This document shows, in pieces, positions 62,083 to 64,000 of a stretch of 64,000 nucleotides of DNA. The position numbers and the translations under genes were made by a program. The notes beneath the pieces are model-generated. The model searched no databases and was not told where the DNA came from. It saw only the letters and a program-made list of their open reading frames with translations. Within the stretch, counting starts at the first letter, position 1; every line of letters starts with the position of its first letter. This DNA comes from Bdellovibrionales bacterium (GTDB lineage: Bacteria; Bdellovibrionota; Bdellovibrionia; Bdellovibrionales; UBA1609): NCBI GenBank assembly GCA_027317865.1, contig DAHVQG010000010.1:32001-96000 (forward strand), given 5' to 3'.

Positions 62083-63639
62083 TTAACTAAAAAGTTTCGC
62101 AAGCTCGACAAATGTTCGAACCATCACGCCCGAGGCACCTTTCTTTGCACTATAATTAAGTCGGTTCCCGACGTGCCAGGCTGTACCGGCAATATCAAAA
62201 TGCGCCCAAGGGATTTCTTTATCGACAAATTGTTCAAGAAATGCCGCCGCAGTTGATGCTCCGCCGCCTTTAAACGAAGAAATGTTTCTTAAATCGGCAT
62301 AAACGCCCTTCATATCACTCACATAATCGTCGTGAATCGGCATGGGCCAAACCAGTTCGCCGGAATTTGCCGCGGCCTCTAAAATTTTATTTCGCAATTT
62401 TTCATTACGCGTAAACATTCCGGTATAAGTATTACCAAGGGCGACAACACAGGCGCCGGTCAATGTCGCGGCGTCAAAAATGGCGCTGAGTTTCTGCTCG
62501 CTGGCGTAAGAAAGCGCATCCATCAGTATGAGCCGACCTTCGGCATCAGTATTGTCAACTTCTACTGTTTTTCCATTTCGTGCTCGTAAGACATCACCCG
62601 GTTTATTGGCCAAGGGGCCCGGCATATTTTCAGTTGCCGGCACAAAACCAACGGCATTTACCTTGAGCTTTAGTTTTGCGATCGCAAGTAGCGTGCCGAT
62701 TACTGCGGCCCCACCACACATGTCAAATTTCATTTCTTCCATCGCGGCGGAGGGTTTGATACTGATGCCACCAGAGTCAAAGGTCACGCCTTTGCCGACA
62801 AAACCCACGGGCTTTTTTGATTTGGCGCCGCCATGATACTCCATGATTATAAAACGGGGATCAACGGCGCTACCGAGTGAAACTCCGATCAGTCCGCCAA
62901 AATTTTCTTTTTTTATTCGTGCGCGATCCCATACCGTAACCTTTAATCCAGTGCCCTTGGCTGCGGTCGCGACGGCGTCGGCTAAAATTTCGGGGGTCAT
63001 TAAATTACTTGGGGTGTTACCGAGATCGCGTGCAAAATTGACGCATTCGCAAAGCGTTGCCGCAGTTTCGACGGCCTTTTTTATAGTTGCGGAGTTGGTC
63101 TTCTTTTCGACAACAAGATCGATCTGTGAAAGTTCAAACGGCGCGCCGTTATGCTCGTCTTTTTTGGTTTTAAATTCGTTAAATTCGTATTCAGCAAGGT
63201 ATATTCCTTCGGCGAATGCTTGAGCTGTGGCAGCCGAATTTTTCATTAATTGAACCATTGGCTCAAACGCCACATCAGCTGCTTTAATTTTATTGGCCTT
63301 AAGACATGAATAAACAGAGGCGCCGAGGCGGCGAACATCCTCGGCCGTCTTTGTCTTTTCGTCGACCCCAAAGACAATCACGTTTTCATAACCGCTAACT
63401 CCAGCCATTCGTATTGTTGTTCCTTTATTTAAGTCTTCAAACTTAAGACCGTTTTTTAATAGCGAACTGATTAGATCACCCAACTCCGGTGTCGGTGGCG
63501 CCCATGGGCCGCGGCTAGGCGCTTTTCGAGTAAAAACGACAATGGTCGAAGATTCACTTGGTTTGGCAGTAAATGCACGGACGTTGATCTGGATTCCGTC
63601 GGGTTTTCTTGTGGTGTTACGGTCTTGTGGCATGGTCAC
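62083..63639 (-). CDS. pepA: Leucyl aminopeptidase (M17)
   Basis: VGKGVTFDSGG, MKFDM and NTDAEGRL. Confidence 0.96.
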   Translation of the reverse strand: MTMPQDRNTTRKPDGIQINVRAFTAKPSESSTIVVFTRKAPSRGPWAPPTPELGDLISSLLKNGLKFEDLNKGTTIRMAGVSGYENVIVFGVDEKTKTAEDVRRLGASVYSCLKANKIKAADVAFEPMVQLMKNSAATAQAFAEGIYLAEYEFNEFKTKKDEHNGAPFELSQIDLVVEKKTNSATIKKAVETAATLCECVNFARDLGNTPSNLMTPEILADAVATAAKGTGLKVTVWDRARIKKENFGGLIGVSLGSAVDPRFIIMEYHGGAKSKKPVGFVGKGVTFDSGGISIKPSAAMEEMKFDMCGGAAVIGTLLAIAKLKLKVNAVGFVPATENMPGPLANKPGDVLRARNGKTVEVDNTDAEGRLILMDALSYASEQKLSAIFDAATLTGACVVALGNTYTGMFTRNEKLRNKILEAAANSGELVWPMPIHDDYVSDMKGVYADLRNISSFKGGGASTAAAFLEQFVDKEIPWAHFDIAGTAWHVGNRLNYSAKKGASGVMVRTFVELAKLFS

Positions 63640-63820
63640 TCCTTGGTGTGCAAAAGCTTTCGAATAGCACAGGGGGTATTATAGATAAAGCGTTTTTGAT
63701 AATCTCCCGAAAAGACCGTATGGTTGGGCATGTTCTACGGATTAAATTTGCGATAAAATGAAAATGAGTCGATTATAGCGTTAAAATGATGATCTTTAAT
63801 GACCAGAGATTGGAGTTCTT

Positions 63821-64000
63821 GTGAGTTACAACGGATATCAGTCGACATTAATTCCGATGGTAATTGAGCAAACACCGCGCGGCGAGCGCAGTTACGACAT
63901 CTATTCTCGGCTGCTCAAGGACCGCGTGATTTTATTGGGAACACCGGTTACCGAAGATGTAGCAAACAGTATCATTGCACAGATGTTTTTTCTTGAAATG
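63821..64000 (+). CDS. clpP: ATP-dependent Clp protease proteolytic subunit, 3'-truncated (not in the ORF track)
   Basis: GTG start after GGAG; translates to [31 protein letters not shown]. Confidence 0.95.
   Translation, partial: MSYNGYQSTLIPMVIEQTPRGERSYDIYSRLLKDRVILLGTPVTEDVANSIIAQMFFLEM

Overview
This is a gene-dense bacterial chromosome segment with no recognisable mobile element, prophage or CRISPR array. Gene order and content suggest a Bdellovibrionota-like predatory bacterium (inference). Positions ~1.6-14 kb resemble the Bdellovibrio 'hit'/type IVb (Tad/Flp) pilus locus: a CheY-like regulator, two small secreted-peptide genes, a toxin-less YD/RHS protein, tadB, a cpaE-tadA fusion, a BON-secretin, cpaB, pseudopilins, a prepilin peptidase and flp. 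The rest is mainly housekeeping: nadE, a VUT transporter with a CofE-like ligase, rodZ, a pilotin-like TPR protein, rlmD, ndk, sucCD, mdh, metB, tRNA-Phe, dusB, an ABC-2 exporter, mtgA, glnE, tolQRAB, ndh, a suf operon, ftsEX-envC-ctpA, tig, an ArsA/Get3-like pair, gshA, pepA and a partial clpP. Reading the DNA directly revealed four things missing from the ORF track. (1) A 26-aa K/R/T-rich protamine-like gene with its own promoter, RBS and terminator lies divergent from an orphan tadB/tadC-like and Ser/Thr kinase operon. (2) A 49-aa secreted peptide with a sigma54-type promoter sits at the hit position. (3) A Flp-like prepilin has an in-frame TGA exactly at the cleavage-site glycine. (4) tolQ is frameshifted at an A7 run. 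Exported proteins look unusually basic, which may indicate an acidic habitat. All product calls come from motif recognition by eye; no database searches were run.
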